A stretch of DNA of 63,854 bases, counting the filler, from Lenisia limosa (taxonomy: Eukaryota > Protista > Breviatea), in assembly GCA_001655205.1 (NCBI GenBank). It is 7 parts of 7 records of this genome, joined end to end, with 100 filler letters (N's around TTAATTAATTAA, not from the genome) between each part and the next. Parts side by side here need not be neighbours in the genome. Positions count along the whole stretch, not along the records: positions 37,270 to 52,740 come from LPNZ01007511.1; positions 52,841 to 59,917 come from LPNZ01005791.1; positions 60,018 to 62,744 come from LPNZ01001274.1; 4 more parts are not named here. One strand, given 5' to 3'. The notes beneath the pieces are model-generated. The model did no database searches. It saw only the letters and a list, made by a program, of their open reading frames with translations, and had not been told where the DNA came from. The stretch's first letter is position 1, and each line of letters begins with the position of its first letter. Position numbers and translations under genes: made by a program. Shown piece by piece: positions 49,987 through 60,969 of the stretch.

Positions 49987-52740
49987 TTAACGACGTACAC
50001 GTAAGAATAGCATAATTCTGAACCCACCAGTCTGAGGGGAGGCGAAAGGATCGTTGGCGTTACTTGCGAAGGGGTCAGCAGTAAGGTTCGGCATCGGGGA
50101 TCCGAACATATCCGGAGCAGGTTCGGAGTGGACTTGAGCCATAGGGGCAGGGGACGCAAAGGGGTCAGGGGTACCTCCGCTATGGGGGGAAGCGAAGGGG
50201 TCTTGAGTGACGGAGGGTTGGGTGCTGAAAGGGTCTTCCTGGGGGGTTGTTGAAGGAGCAGCGAAAGGATCTTCTTTTTGTGAAANNNNNNNNNNNNNNN
50301 NNNNNNNNNNNNNNNNNNNNNNNNNNNNNNNNNNNNNNNNNNNNNNNNNNNNNNNNNNNNNNNNNTTGTTGTGAAGCAAAAGGGTCTTCCTGGGGGGTTG
50401 TTGAAGGAGCAGCGAATGGATCTTCTTGTGTAACAGGAGGTGCAGCAAAAGGATCTTCTTTTGGAGTAGCAGGGGCAACAAAAGGATCATCTTGAGGTTG
50501 TTGTGAAGCAAAAGGGTCTTCCTGGGTGCTAGTTGGTGCAGCGAAAGGATCTTCTTGTTGTGAAACAGGAGGTACAGCAAAAGGATCATCTTGAGGTTGT
50601 TGTTGTGAAGCAAAAGGGTCTTCCTGGGGGGTTGTTGAAGGAGCAGTGAAAGGATCTTCTTGTTGTGCCACAGCAGGGGCAACAAAAGGATCATCTTGAG
50701 GTTGTTGTTGTGAAGCAAACGGATCTTCCTGGGGGATTGTTGAAGGAGCAGCGAAAGGATCTTCTTTTGGAGTAGCAGGGGCAACAAAAGGATCATCTTG
50801 AGGTTGTTGTGAAGCAAAAGGGTCTTCCTGGGTGCTAGTTGGTGCAGCGAAAGGATCTTCTTCTTGTGAAACAGGAGGTACAGCAAAAGGATCATCTTGA
50901 GGTTGCTGTTGTGAAGCAAACGGGTCTTCCTGGGGGGTTGTTGAAGGAGTAGTGAAAGGATCTTCTTGTTGTGGAACAGGAGGTACAGCAAAAGGATCAT
51001 CTTGAGGTTGTTGTTGTGAAGCAAACGGGTCTTCCTGGGGGATTGTTGAAGGAGCAGCGAAAGGATCTTCTTTTGGAGTAGCAGGGGCAACAAAAGGATC
51101 ATCTTGAGGTTGTTGTGAAGCAAAAGGGTCTTCCTGGGGGGTTGTTGAAGGAGCAGCGAAAGGATCTTCTTGTTGTGCCATAGCAGCGGCAACAGAAGGA
51201 TCAAGTTGTCGTGAAGCAAAAGGGTCTTCCAGGGGGGCATTTGTAGGCGCATTGAAAGGGTCCTGAGTCTCAGCAGGAGCTGCAAAGGGATCATCTTGAG
51301 GTTCACTGACTGGGGGAGCAGCGTCGTAGGCAGGCTGGGCAAAGGGATCTTCTTCCTGAGCGGGAGCGGCAAATGGATCACTTCCGTCATCAACAAAAGA
51401 TTGAGCAAAGTCCTCAGTGACCGCGTCGTTGACTGCAAACGGATCGTCATAATCCACGTCATCCTCGACACTAGCGGACTGAGCTGAGCCGACGGAAGCG
51501 TCTAGGGGTTTCTGAGGTGTTGTGTCGAACGGGTTGTTTGCAGCAGCGGGAGGTTCAGAAGACTCACTACTAGGCGCAAGGGCGACCATGGGGGCGGCTT
51601 CAGCCATACGTGTGACTGAGGCTGGAGTAGTTTGTTGTGGGGGGGTGGATGTGGGGGTGAAGAATGGCTCTGGGAGGCTTGGACTAAGACGGTCAACGTC
51701 AGCTTCGGCAGTGGCCAGAAGGGCAGCCTCACGGGCTCGGAGCTAAATCGTGATTTTGGATGGAAGACTGCTGTTTTGACTGATCTTGGAAATGAAGACT
51801 GTTTTTTATCTTGTGAAAAACAACACCAGCAACAACAAACCAAAACAAAAAGAAACTGATGAAGAAGTCACACATCGGCAGTCTAATTCCGACTATTATT
51901 ATCCACTCCCTCCTCTCCATTGGATGTGAGTACACACCCGGTTTGGACCATCACACACCTCCTTGACCTGCTTTTCTCTTGACTGTGCGTGTTGAATCTC
52001 GAGCTGGATTCTGCCGACTTCTCTTTCCATTGCTTGTCGCTGCGACCGCAGGGTCTAAAGAGAATAATGACCACACCATCACGGTTATAAGAGACCACAC
52101 CATCACGGTTATCAGAATGGGATGAAAATTCACTCAATCATTTGCCTTAAAACTCCTTGTCCACAGCTTTCTATGGCATAGAACAGTTACGACTACTATG
52201 ATGATACCATGTTATATTTCTCATTTCCACATAAATCGCTGTAGTTGTTTTCTGTTTACGATATCTAGTTTTTTCTTCAAATATTTTCTGATTCTCAGAA
52301 AATGTATGCTGGTAGTAGTACTACATGCGAAAAAACAACATTATACCAGGCTGTCCCCCCATTAGTAGCTTCCCCTTACCGAAACTTCATGTTGAAGTTC
52401 ATGAGCAGAGTCATTGGTAGTCTGGAGAACAGCCTTCAGTTCAAGCCGCGATTCCTAAAGTATCTTAAGCCTTTTATTCAAATCTGGTTGGACTAACCTA
52501 ATAGAGAAACCTAACAATAGATTCTATTCAAAACAAGACGCTAAGTTAATAGCTTTCACTCCCATTTCACAAGGCTTTCGAAGCAAACCTTGAGGGCAGC
52601 AAGTGCAGCAGACAAGTCCCTGTGCTCTGCCTGGAGCTGAACATGGTTCTGTTCAAGAGCTGCAATTTTGCTCTTCAGTTTGCTGACCTCTGCCTCCGTG
52701 TCAGTCATGTCCGATCTGAGGGCGTCCAACAGGGCTTCCT
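49987..52740 (-). CDS. Eps15-like endocytic scaffold: coiled coil followed by at least 36 DPF motifs and one NPF; 5' truncated
   Basis: Exons EALLDALRSDMTDTEAEVSKLKSKIAALEQNH, ESRLELKAVLQTTND, TLRSQRQAMEREVGRIQLEIQ, then a large exon with tandem QEDPFAAPSTTPQEDPFASQQPQDDPF. EH domains are not seen (would lie off the segment). Confidence 0.75.
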
Positions 52741-52840
52741 NNNNNNNNNNNNNNNNNNNNNNNNNNNNNNNNNNNNNNNNNNNNTTAATTAATTAANNNN
52801 NNNNNNNNNNNNNNNNNNNNNNNNNNNNNNNNNNNNNNNN
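52741..52840. other. Artificial contig-joining spacer
   Basis: N44-TTAATTAATTAA-N44. Confidence 0.95.
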
Positions 52841-52959
52841 GGGGGGGGGTCCAAAGCCTTCGCTTACGAGAGGTGTGCACACATTGTGCGGCCTGGGACA
52901 AGTGAGACGGTCCTGCTGCAACATGCTCCTCTAAATAATTAGTTTGTTGAGAGGTCTAA

Positions 52960-54321
52960 TACACTAATACAAGGTACAGTCCCAAAAATACATAAAATAC
53001 AATCATTCTGGGGCACTCTCACAATAATATGATCATAAAACAATTGTACTATTTCAGCGTCCTTTTCTGTCAAGCAAAAGGGCTTCGCCCTTATGTTAGA
53101 CGAAGAGAGGCAAAGACATACCCAGACTGTTGCACTGAGTGTAGATATTTGACGCGTGCTGAAGGGCGGTAGTGACAGAGTGGAGACGGCTTTGAAGTGT
53201 GGCATCCTCTTTGTACTTGCGTAGCGGTTCGTGAATGGTCTTCTGCCATCTGCAACGTGAAGGAAAACAGTGCAATATGCATGTAAGAAAAATAATAAGC
53301 TAGCTTTCTGGGAATCGTTACAAGGTTGAAAAACTCGAAGTAACAGAAAGAAAAACTCGCGGAAAAAAACGAAGGAGAAATTGTGGGGAAAGCACAGGGG
53401 TCGGGGCTTTTGAAGATGGTTTATAAACACTTCTCACCAAAACTTTTTTATACATTAACAATAGCATGTCGACCTACGTTAGCACCGTGGATTGCAGAGG
53501 TACAAGGCTTAAAGCTGCTTCATTCACATCTGCTGTAATCTGAGGTATTACAAAAATGAAAGCATTTAATTGTGTTAAGTTGTAAACAAAGATCACATTG
53601 CAATAACAAGAAACCAGACATACCGCATCGATGGCACTGTTCTGGCCTTGAACACTCTGGGGGTTGCTGGCAAGCTAAAAGGTCAGGTTGCCTTAAAACA
53701 TGGGAAAGGATCGAAATAGAGCGAATTTTCGACATCATAGATAAATGACTCTTTTTGGTGACGGTGTAGGCGAAGTGAAGTCTTAGGTCCTACCTTAGTT
53801 GATATTTGACTTGATAGATAGCGGGTGCCTGCAGACATAACGCTCAGCAAACGGTTAAAGTCCGAGCCGCATCGCTAGGGGGTCAGGACATTGCATCACC
53901 AATAGGGCTTCACTTCGGTTCAAAAAAGACCGATAAAATATCGATTTATTGAGAAATGCAGTCTTTTTTTCAAACCAAAATGAAGCCCTAATCACCACTC
54001 ATGAATCCAAATGGCACGAGAAATGAGAAGGAGGTCGCGTAAACTTATAATTATTTTGAACGCTGGCCAACATGAAATACCCCTCAAAAGTAACACTCTG
54101 AGGCCAACCTCGGAAGCAAGGTCAAGGAACAGATCAAAGTCTGGCTTCTCCTTGAGCGATTGGATTTCCTCTGAAACATAACATGAGGCAACAAGTGAAA
54201 CACGATAACTACCAAGAACCAGGGCTATTTCTCTATAATGCAAGTACCATTCTATTATGAATAAAAACCAGGAAGTTGAGGGGAAGGGGATCTTATTTTG
54301 CCAGAGAAAAGGGCTGGCCAT
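52960..54321 (-). CDS. Multi-exon hypothetical protein
   Basis: SEEIQSLKEKPDFDLFLDLASE|RCGSDFNRLLSVMSAGTRYLS; CQQPPECSRPEQCHRC; RRPFTNRYASTKRMPHFK. Confidence 0.45.
53903..53990. mobile_element. MITE copy 7 (intronic)
   Basis: tagggcttcacttcggttcaaaaaagac...gtctttttttcaaaccaaaatgaagcccta. Confidence 0.87.
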
Positions 54322-54392
54322 ATCTTGACCACTGAAAATCCGATTGTACCTGCTACTACCTCAAACTATTTATAATCCATTTCCTCTAAGTC

Positions 54393-54701
54393 TCAATAAG
54401 ACCCTTCACCTTCAGAGAGGTCAACCTCATCGTAAACGCCCTCCTGGTAGTGGTAATCAGCCATGCTGGCGGCCTTGATCTCGTCAATTGTCGGAGGCTC
54501 GACGTATCCATTAAGGAAGCCCTCAAGAACGCTGTCCATCTTGTCTGTCGCAAAGACCTTGCCAACGACACGTTTGTCGACCTTCGATCCTGCATTGCTT
54601 GCGTTTGCCGGGAGGGCGTTGCTGATCCGGGTAAGAGACTCGTCAAGGAGCTCTATAACTTTCTCAAAGTTAACATATTCGTTTTCGATTGCTTTGGCCA
54701 T
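54393..54701 (-). CDS. Intronless small acidic hypothetical protein (102 aa)
   Basis: Uninterrupted ORF MAKAIENEYVNFEKV...DEVDLSEGEGSY with C-ending codon bias similar to CCT6. Confidence 0.6.
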   Translation of the reverse strand: MAKAIENEYVNFEKVIELLDESLTRISNALPANASNAGSKVDKRVVGKVFATDKMDSVLEGFLNGYVEPPTIDEIKAASMADYHYQEGVYDEVDLSEGEGSY

Positions 54702-54808
54702 AGTGATTCATGCAAAAGTGATCGTTCAAACGGGGAAGTAAGAATAAATCGTTTTAGAAGATTATTCCCTCATTGGGCAATTCCTTAAATCGTTTGTTGA
54801 TGCTTAAG

Positions 54809-56570
54809 ATGGAAAAGGCACCTGTTCGCGGTGCTAGCTGCTTTTTGAATCCTACCGAGTCTCTACGAAATCCACCGAAAAATGTTCATTAGATTGGAAT
54901 GATTTTTTTCTCCCTTTTTGAGTGTTCTAATGACAGGTGAATGTATTATTGTTAAAAGAGCAGGGTAAGAAGTTGGCAGTCTTTATCTCATCCGTTATAG
55001 AATGGATTGTAAGTTTTCCATCTACTGGGCGCCTCTCTTATCCCCTAGGTCCTTCCATATTCGACGTTAGATACTATAAAGATGATGACAGTAACCCTGA
55101 CATCAAGTACAAGGTATCGCGCAATTCCCCTGATCAACTGTCTTTATTTTGTGGCGTTCACTGAGTGTAGTCTGGCGGTTCGTCAGTTGTTCCAACTTGC
55201 CATGCCATGTGCAGCGATCATGAAGTTGAAAAGAGACAGAAACAGAGAGATGTTCATTTTATTGAGACCGGAGGAGTTTGTGGGGTCATCAGCAGAGCAT
55301 GGTTTCCTTGTTGCCCTCAACATCCCTCCTGACCACTTACCCTCAAGCATCCGTATATTCTTTGATAAAATTAAATCTGTTATCAAGATTTGAATCCAAA
55401 ACAGAACCTGGAACTCCACAAACCCCATGGGGTGTGGCCTTCCTCAAATGTTTTGTTTCCTAATTATTCTTGTTATCCCTCACGTCATGTCTCACTTTGA
55501 AGGTTGAATTCGGACTTGATAAAACGGCAAATAGTGATTACTGTGTCCGTAAATACCGAAGGTCAAGTGCAGGCCAAGTGGGGAGGGGCTGAAGGGTTTT
55601 GGAAGCACCTATTTAATCTAATAGTTTGACTGGGTCTTTCTTGAGTCAAATATCACGTTATTTTCACCAGGATGAAGCGGAGCCCTCAGAGCTGCGACCG
55701 CCGTTTCAACTTATCAGAACAATGCGCTTCTTCATCGCGAGAGTTGCTGACGTCAAGAGTGTGTTCCTGGACCGATAATGATAACAAATCTACAACTGTA
55801 CCCGTTGCTCTTCTTTGCATCTAATATTTGACCTTGCAAATGACAGGATACTAGTATTGTATTCTTATTACCAGGTCCTCTTAAACCCTGATAGATCTTC
55901 GATGAGATTGATATTTTAAGTCTTTCTTCTGCGAAAATGAAACTCATTCCTCCAGGTATCCCACTTCGAGAACTAAACAGCTTCTTCTCAGACCGTCTGC
56001 GCAGTATCCAACAAGACATCACGATTTTGAGGTTTGTTGGACTTTACTCTGGGGGAGGCTTGAATTTTGGTTCTCAGATTACCGAGCATTTGGGTATTTT
56101 TTTGGGGAAAGAAGGCGTTCAACTGAAAATGATTCTAGATTGTGTGATGAGCAACTTTTTTATTTTTCCATTCCTAAATACCAGTGTGGAGGTAGGAACT
56201 TCTGTGTTCTTGTTCCGGATTCATTGTAGCGTTCCCCTCGAGCTCATCCTTGTTTTCAGGTTATCTGGAAGAGTTGTAATTGAAATCCTCGAAGCACAGG
56301 CCCGATACTTCATCGCTATTTCGGTAGGCTTCCTCTCTACAAGTAGCCGCCACCACCATAAATCACCACCAACCACCACCAATGTGAGGCTGTCTGTACA
56401 TGTTCTCTTTATCATAATATTATACTATAATCCAATATCTCTTATAAGCGTGANNNNNNNNNNNNNNNNNNNGCACGATCTTTGTCAAGAAAACGTTGAA
56501 CAGTACGACCCCGCAAGAAACAACAGGAGAATATCTGACTGCTTCACCTCCCTCAATTTGGAGGTTGGCT
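54809..56570 (+). CDS. Multi-exon hypothetical protein
   Basis: Phase-consistent canonical joins MEKAPVRG...KN|VNVLLLKEQGKKLAVFISSVIEWI|VLPYSTLDTIKMM...|SLAVRQLFQLAMPCAA...|VEFGLDKTANSDY|DEAEPSELRPPFQ. Confidence 0.55.
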
Positions 56571-56574
56571 GAAC

Positions 56575-56649
56575 TAGAGCTTCACTTTCAAAAGACTGGG
56601 TAAATATCGATATTTATCGAGGATTTATCGGAACCGAAAGTGAAACTCC
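56575..56649. mobile_element. MITE copy 8 (degenerate)
   Basis: tagagcttcactttcaaaagac...tcggaaccgaaagtgaaactc. Confidence 0.6.
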
Positions 56650-57008
56650 GGCCAATAACATACTTTCTTGCAGTCACCCAGAACCAAAGAAGGTCTTTGG
56701 TGCTCTTGCTAGTGCTCACGACTCTTTAGTATGGAGACTCGCGTATTTCAGACCCTCAGTCCACAAAGAATATTGCAGAACCTGAAATGAGGTCAGCCAG
56801 CAGGTGTTTTACTGTGTTTCACAGGACAACAGCATGTCATATTTTAGATCATATCATGATATACTATTACAATATACCAGTTTGTTTTTGTTTTGTGTTT
56901 TGAAGTTGTTGATTTGGTTCCTGCTGGGTCTCTTCAAAGGCTGGCTCGAGCTTTGTTTTTGTATCTTGTTTTAACATTATTAGTCGTGTTTGTAATTGCG
57001 GTTTTTTT

Positions 57009-57469
57009 TGTTTGGAGTTTTAGATTATTTGGTTGGTGATTTGAAATTGTCTTCGTTTTACTNNNNNNNNNNNNNNNNNNNNNNNNNNNNNNNNNNNNNN
57101 NNNNNNNNNNNNNNNNNNNNNNNNNNNNNNNNNNNNNNNNNNNNNNNNNNNNNNNNNNNNNNNACAAGACTCTCACACTGCCACTCAATGTCCTCGGAAA
57201 TCCTCATGTGAGGGGTCCTTGTTGAAACTGGAGAATCCAATACTAACACAATTATTCCTTAATGTTCGAACTGAGAACAGTTTATTGAACTCATATTACC
57301 GATTAGCCCTTCAATCCCCCGTATGTCGAGTATTAAGCAACATATTTGTCTTCTTCTTCTTTTTTCCTTGTTCAGTACATTTCCATTTTCCTTACCCGTT
57401 TGTTGTTGCTTGTTTGGAGTTTCAGATTATTCGGTTTGTGATTAGTACCTTTACGCCAATATTCTTCAT
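57009..57469 (+). repeat. Dispersed ~60 bp repeat, copies d (57009-57041, partial) and c (57411-57469), each close to an N gap
   Basis: tttggagtttcagattattcggtttgtgattagtacctttacgccaatattcttcat. Confidence 0.72.
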
Positions 57470-58147
57470 NNNNNNNNNNNNNNNNNNNNNNNNNNNNNNN
57501 NNNNNNNNNNNNNNNNNNNNNNNNNNNNNNNNNNNNNNNNNNNNNNNNNNNNNNNNNNNNNNNNNNNNNNNTAAATTTTCCAATCCCCCCCTCCCCCGCT
57601 GACCACTCAGCTCCAATACGCGATACGCATCTTCCAAGCCCATCTCATGCGGAACTATGCTCTGTTCTTCGAGCTCGTCCGCGCAAATGACTGTAAGCGG
57701 GTGCTGACTATTGGGACATGGCAGAGTGTCTGCTGTTTTGTACACTACTCAATGAATCATCTGCTTGCCTGGGTTTTTGAGAGTACCCGTGTGTTTCAGA
57801 TATTCAATTATTTTTTTTCTTTTTCTATGTAGATTTCGTTTTCTTCATCCCGCTAGGCTGGTTCCTCTTGCGGTGCCTTTTGCATCGCCATTTTGACCGT
57901 TTCCGATCTGAGGCTCTTCGCATCATCAGCGCCACTACTGCTAAAATGTCGCTTGTTGACCTCACCAAAATCTTGAGTAAGCTACTGACAATACAGCTTA
58001 TGATATTGGGCTGAAATATTTTACTGCTTTGTCTCCTCGATAACCGATGTATTGTTTCAAATTGCCCTTGATAAGGCGACAATGTGACTGATACATTTTA
58101 TATTTTCCAATGTCACCATTATTGTTGTGGTTATTGTTATTGTTTCT

Positions 58148-58182
58148 GCCAGATACAACCTTATTTTATATTTTTCTTTGCT
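58148..58182 (+). repeat. Dispersed 'GCCAGATACAACCTT' repeat, copy E (5' truncated)
   Basis: gccagatacaaccttattttatatttttctttgct. Confidence 0.6.
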
Positions 58183-58499
58183 GTATATTGTTATTGTTTC
58201 CGTGACCATCGCCACATCATCTGCTGACTCCCAGGTTTCAATAATGTCAGAGACTGTCAGAAGTTTGTTGAAAACTATGCGTCAGTAAAAGAAGGTGGGG
58301 GTACAGCCTGACTAAACCTTTACCTTAGGTGCTCCATTTGGAGTGTGGAAACCGAATCACCCCCCCCCCCTTTTTTTTTTTNNNNNNNNNNNNNNNNNNN
58401 NNNNNNNNNNNNNNNNNNNNNNNNNNNNNNNNNNNNNNNNNNNNNTTTGTTTTGCTGTTTTCAACCCTCGTGTGTTATTAACCAATAGAGTTGATTTTG

Positions 58500-59917
58500 G
58501 GTAAGTTTTCCCATTTTACTCCCCCTCTCAGAATGTCTTGTCAGAGGCTCGTTCCGATCTAGAGGCCAAACTCCTTCGCCCAAGCTCTCGAACGTCGTTG
58601 ATAGCGCGCGTCCGAAGTCGCGCGGACGCATCATGCTGCCGCCGTTCTTGGACATTAACGTCGCGGGTGGGCCAATTGTTTTTGCTTTCTCATGGGGCCA
58701 AAAACTTAAATTTCACTGTAAAATTCTCGAAAATTATCAATACAGAGCATTTTAGAAGAAGAAATTATAACAACATTTCAGGCATTGTTCTCTTTTCAAC
58801 CTGCTAATTTACCGATCCAGACTATGACCTCCCCCCGGCCTTGCCCACACACGTTGTCGCTACACAAGTGCCGTCCAACACCGTGGATATCGGGTCGTAC
58901 GAAGACGATGGTTATGGCGACGACGATAAGAGTGAGCCATTTTCATCCATGCGGCACCTGGAGGAGCTGACGCCGAAGAAGCGTCAAGACGTTTCCCCGT
59001 TTGCTGTCGCTGACAAGACCACGTTTGCCCCAAAAGTTGAATTGCCACCTCCAGAAAAGAATCGACCTTCTCATTCGGAGTCTCTTTTTGCCACCCATCT
59101 TCCTAACTCTATACCTTCAGATTCCCCCTTTGCTCAAGATTCAAACAAGGAATCCCCATTCGCCTCAGATTTAAACACAGAATCCTCCTTTGTACAAGAA
59201 AGCAAGGAATCCCCCTTTGCTCAAGATTCAAGCAAAGAGTCACCATTTGCTTCAGATTCAAATAAAGAGTTACTATTTGATTCAAATAAAGAGTCACCAT
59301 TTGCTTCAGATTCAAATAAAGTGTCACCATTTGCTTCAGATTCAAACAAAGAATGCCCCTTTACCCAGGATTCAGGCCCATCCATGTGCCCATTTGCTTC
59401 AACAGCAACACTACCACGGACGTCCACATCCACATCAAAGTCCCCTTTTGCGATGGCCAAAAGCAAGTCAAAGTCTCCTTTCGTTGTTGCTGCAGAAGCG
59501 TTTGGTCCTCCCTCCAGCACGCCATTTGGCCCCACATCGGATTCGCCTTTTTCATCAGAGGCACACGCACCTGATGTCCAGGCCCTGGCCCCCGCTGCTC
59601 CACCCCGTCCCGCCCATGCTCCACCCCCCAAGCCCATCCCAGATCCGGAATTTTCACAGCCTTTCAAGGCTCCAACACCACCCAAGTCAAAACCTGCCCA
59701 AGTCCCTCCCTCCATTCCCGCACCAATACCACCAATACCCAAAGCAGTACACCCCACGTCTATACCGATGCCAACACCTCCGACTGTGTTTCCACCATCC
59801 CAAACATCTCCCCCTGCCATCGTACCAACTTCAGCCGTCTTCACGTTTCCACCATCCCAAACTCCCCCAATACCTGTGCAGGATCCTTCCAAGTCTATAC
59901 CTGCTCAAGCTCCCCCT
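58500..59917 (+). CDS. Low-complexity protein with SPF-containing 10-aa tandem repeats and a Pro-rich region; truncated by the segment edge
   Basis: ORF 58841-59917 contains (ESPFASDSNK)n followed by a polyproline-rich tail. An upstream exon lies at ~58520-58660. Confidence 0.65.
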
Positions 59918-60017
59918 NNNNNNNNNNNNNNNNNNNNNNNNNNNNNNNNNNNNNNNNNNNNTTAATTAATTAANNNNNNNNNNNNNNNNNNNNNNNNNNN
60001 NNNNNNNNNNNNNNNNN
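59918..60017. other. Artificial contig-joining spacer
   Basis: N44-TTAATTAATTAA-N44. Confidence 0.95.
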
Positions 60018-60969
60018 CTCGTCATACGTCTCGATGTCATAGAGGGCGGGAAGAACAACATTGGCTTGGTTGGGTTTCATGATCTGGAATGTGACAGAAA
60101 CGAGGCAATCGTACCTTGTTAAGATACTCAATTCCGGTTCCACCGAATCCGAGGGCGACAGAGGGGCCAAAGAAGGGGTCTTGGAAGGCAGACATGAACA
60201 TCTCACCTGAACAATTAGCAATCATCCGGGGAGTCAATGGGTAGATTAAGGATCATTCCAACATGTGCAGAATACGATGGTTCCACAAAATAAAGAGATG
60301 AGTTGATGGTCATCATACCTCCAAACTGCTCAGGAAGGTCCACCATGTAACGGAAGACGATACCTCTCAAGTCAAACTCGGTGTCAAGGAACTTGTTTGC
60401 GAACTTCTTAGAGAAAGAGGGAATCTCCTCCGACTGCCAGGGTCACGACAACGCACAAGCAGACTTACCTTAATGTTGAAGCCAATAGCACCAATGTCGG
60501 TCTTATGCGTAACCAGCTTGTCGTCTTCATAAACAACTCCCTTGGCCACCCATGGACCTGAGAGTCAAACACTGCTCAGAACTTCCTACCAGGGTGAGGC
60601 ATATCCTTGCAGAACTCTTCAGCATTATCACCACATTGATAGTACTTGTATGGAGGGATATGCAGTCCAATGCTGTCGAAAACTTCATATGCAAGGTGTC
60701 TTGAAAAATGAGGAATCTAAAAAGAGACTCACTCTGGAACGTCTCCATCACCCTGAGACACATTTAAAAGCATTTTCTCCAGTGAATCAGCATTGGGGCC
60801 CAAGAAAGAGGGTGCTGAGTAAAAAGCCTGTACGGATTAATTCTGGGAAACAGCGAAATCCAGGGAAAACCTTAAAACTCACCTGTGATACTGCAGGTAA
60901 CACATTAAAGGCGGTCTTTGTGAAAGGAAGTAGACCAACAGACTTAATTGTCTGAGCAAGAGCTAACAT
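60018..60969 (-). CDS. ADP-forming acyl/acetyl-CoA synthetase, beta-type ATP-grasp domain at the N-terminus preceded by a 29-aa extension; 3' truncated
   Basis: DVPEHLAYEVFDSIGLHIPPY...GPWVAKGVVYEDDKLVTHKTDIGAIGFNI...GEMFMSAFQDPFFGPSVALGFGGTGIEYL matches the ACD-beta motifs HK(S/T)DVGGV and DP.FGP.V.FG.GG...E. Confidence 0.82.

Noticed and set aside
49987-51471. 494-aa Leu-rich ORF (LLLQQPPRKTLLLHNN repeats) and antisense ORFs over the repeat arrays
   Set aside because: Alternative-frame shadows of the DPF and SPF repeats. Only the 3' part beyond the N gap is in the true frame.
15190-54400. UGA stop-codon reassignment. In-frame TGAs occur just after strong-looking acceptors (~15212, ~16500, ~27575), and protein-like continuations follow TGA at 23701 and 54393.
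   Set aside because: Each case has a canonical alternative using a downstream AG; in two of them the TGA is part of a YTGAY branch-point-like motif. Every Trp I could place in XPO1, RPL4, TauE, ACD and the LRR gene is TGG. A genome-wide codon-versus-alignment test would settle it.
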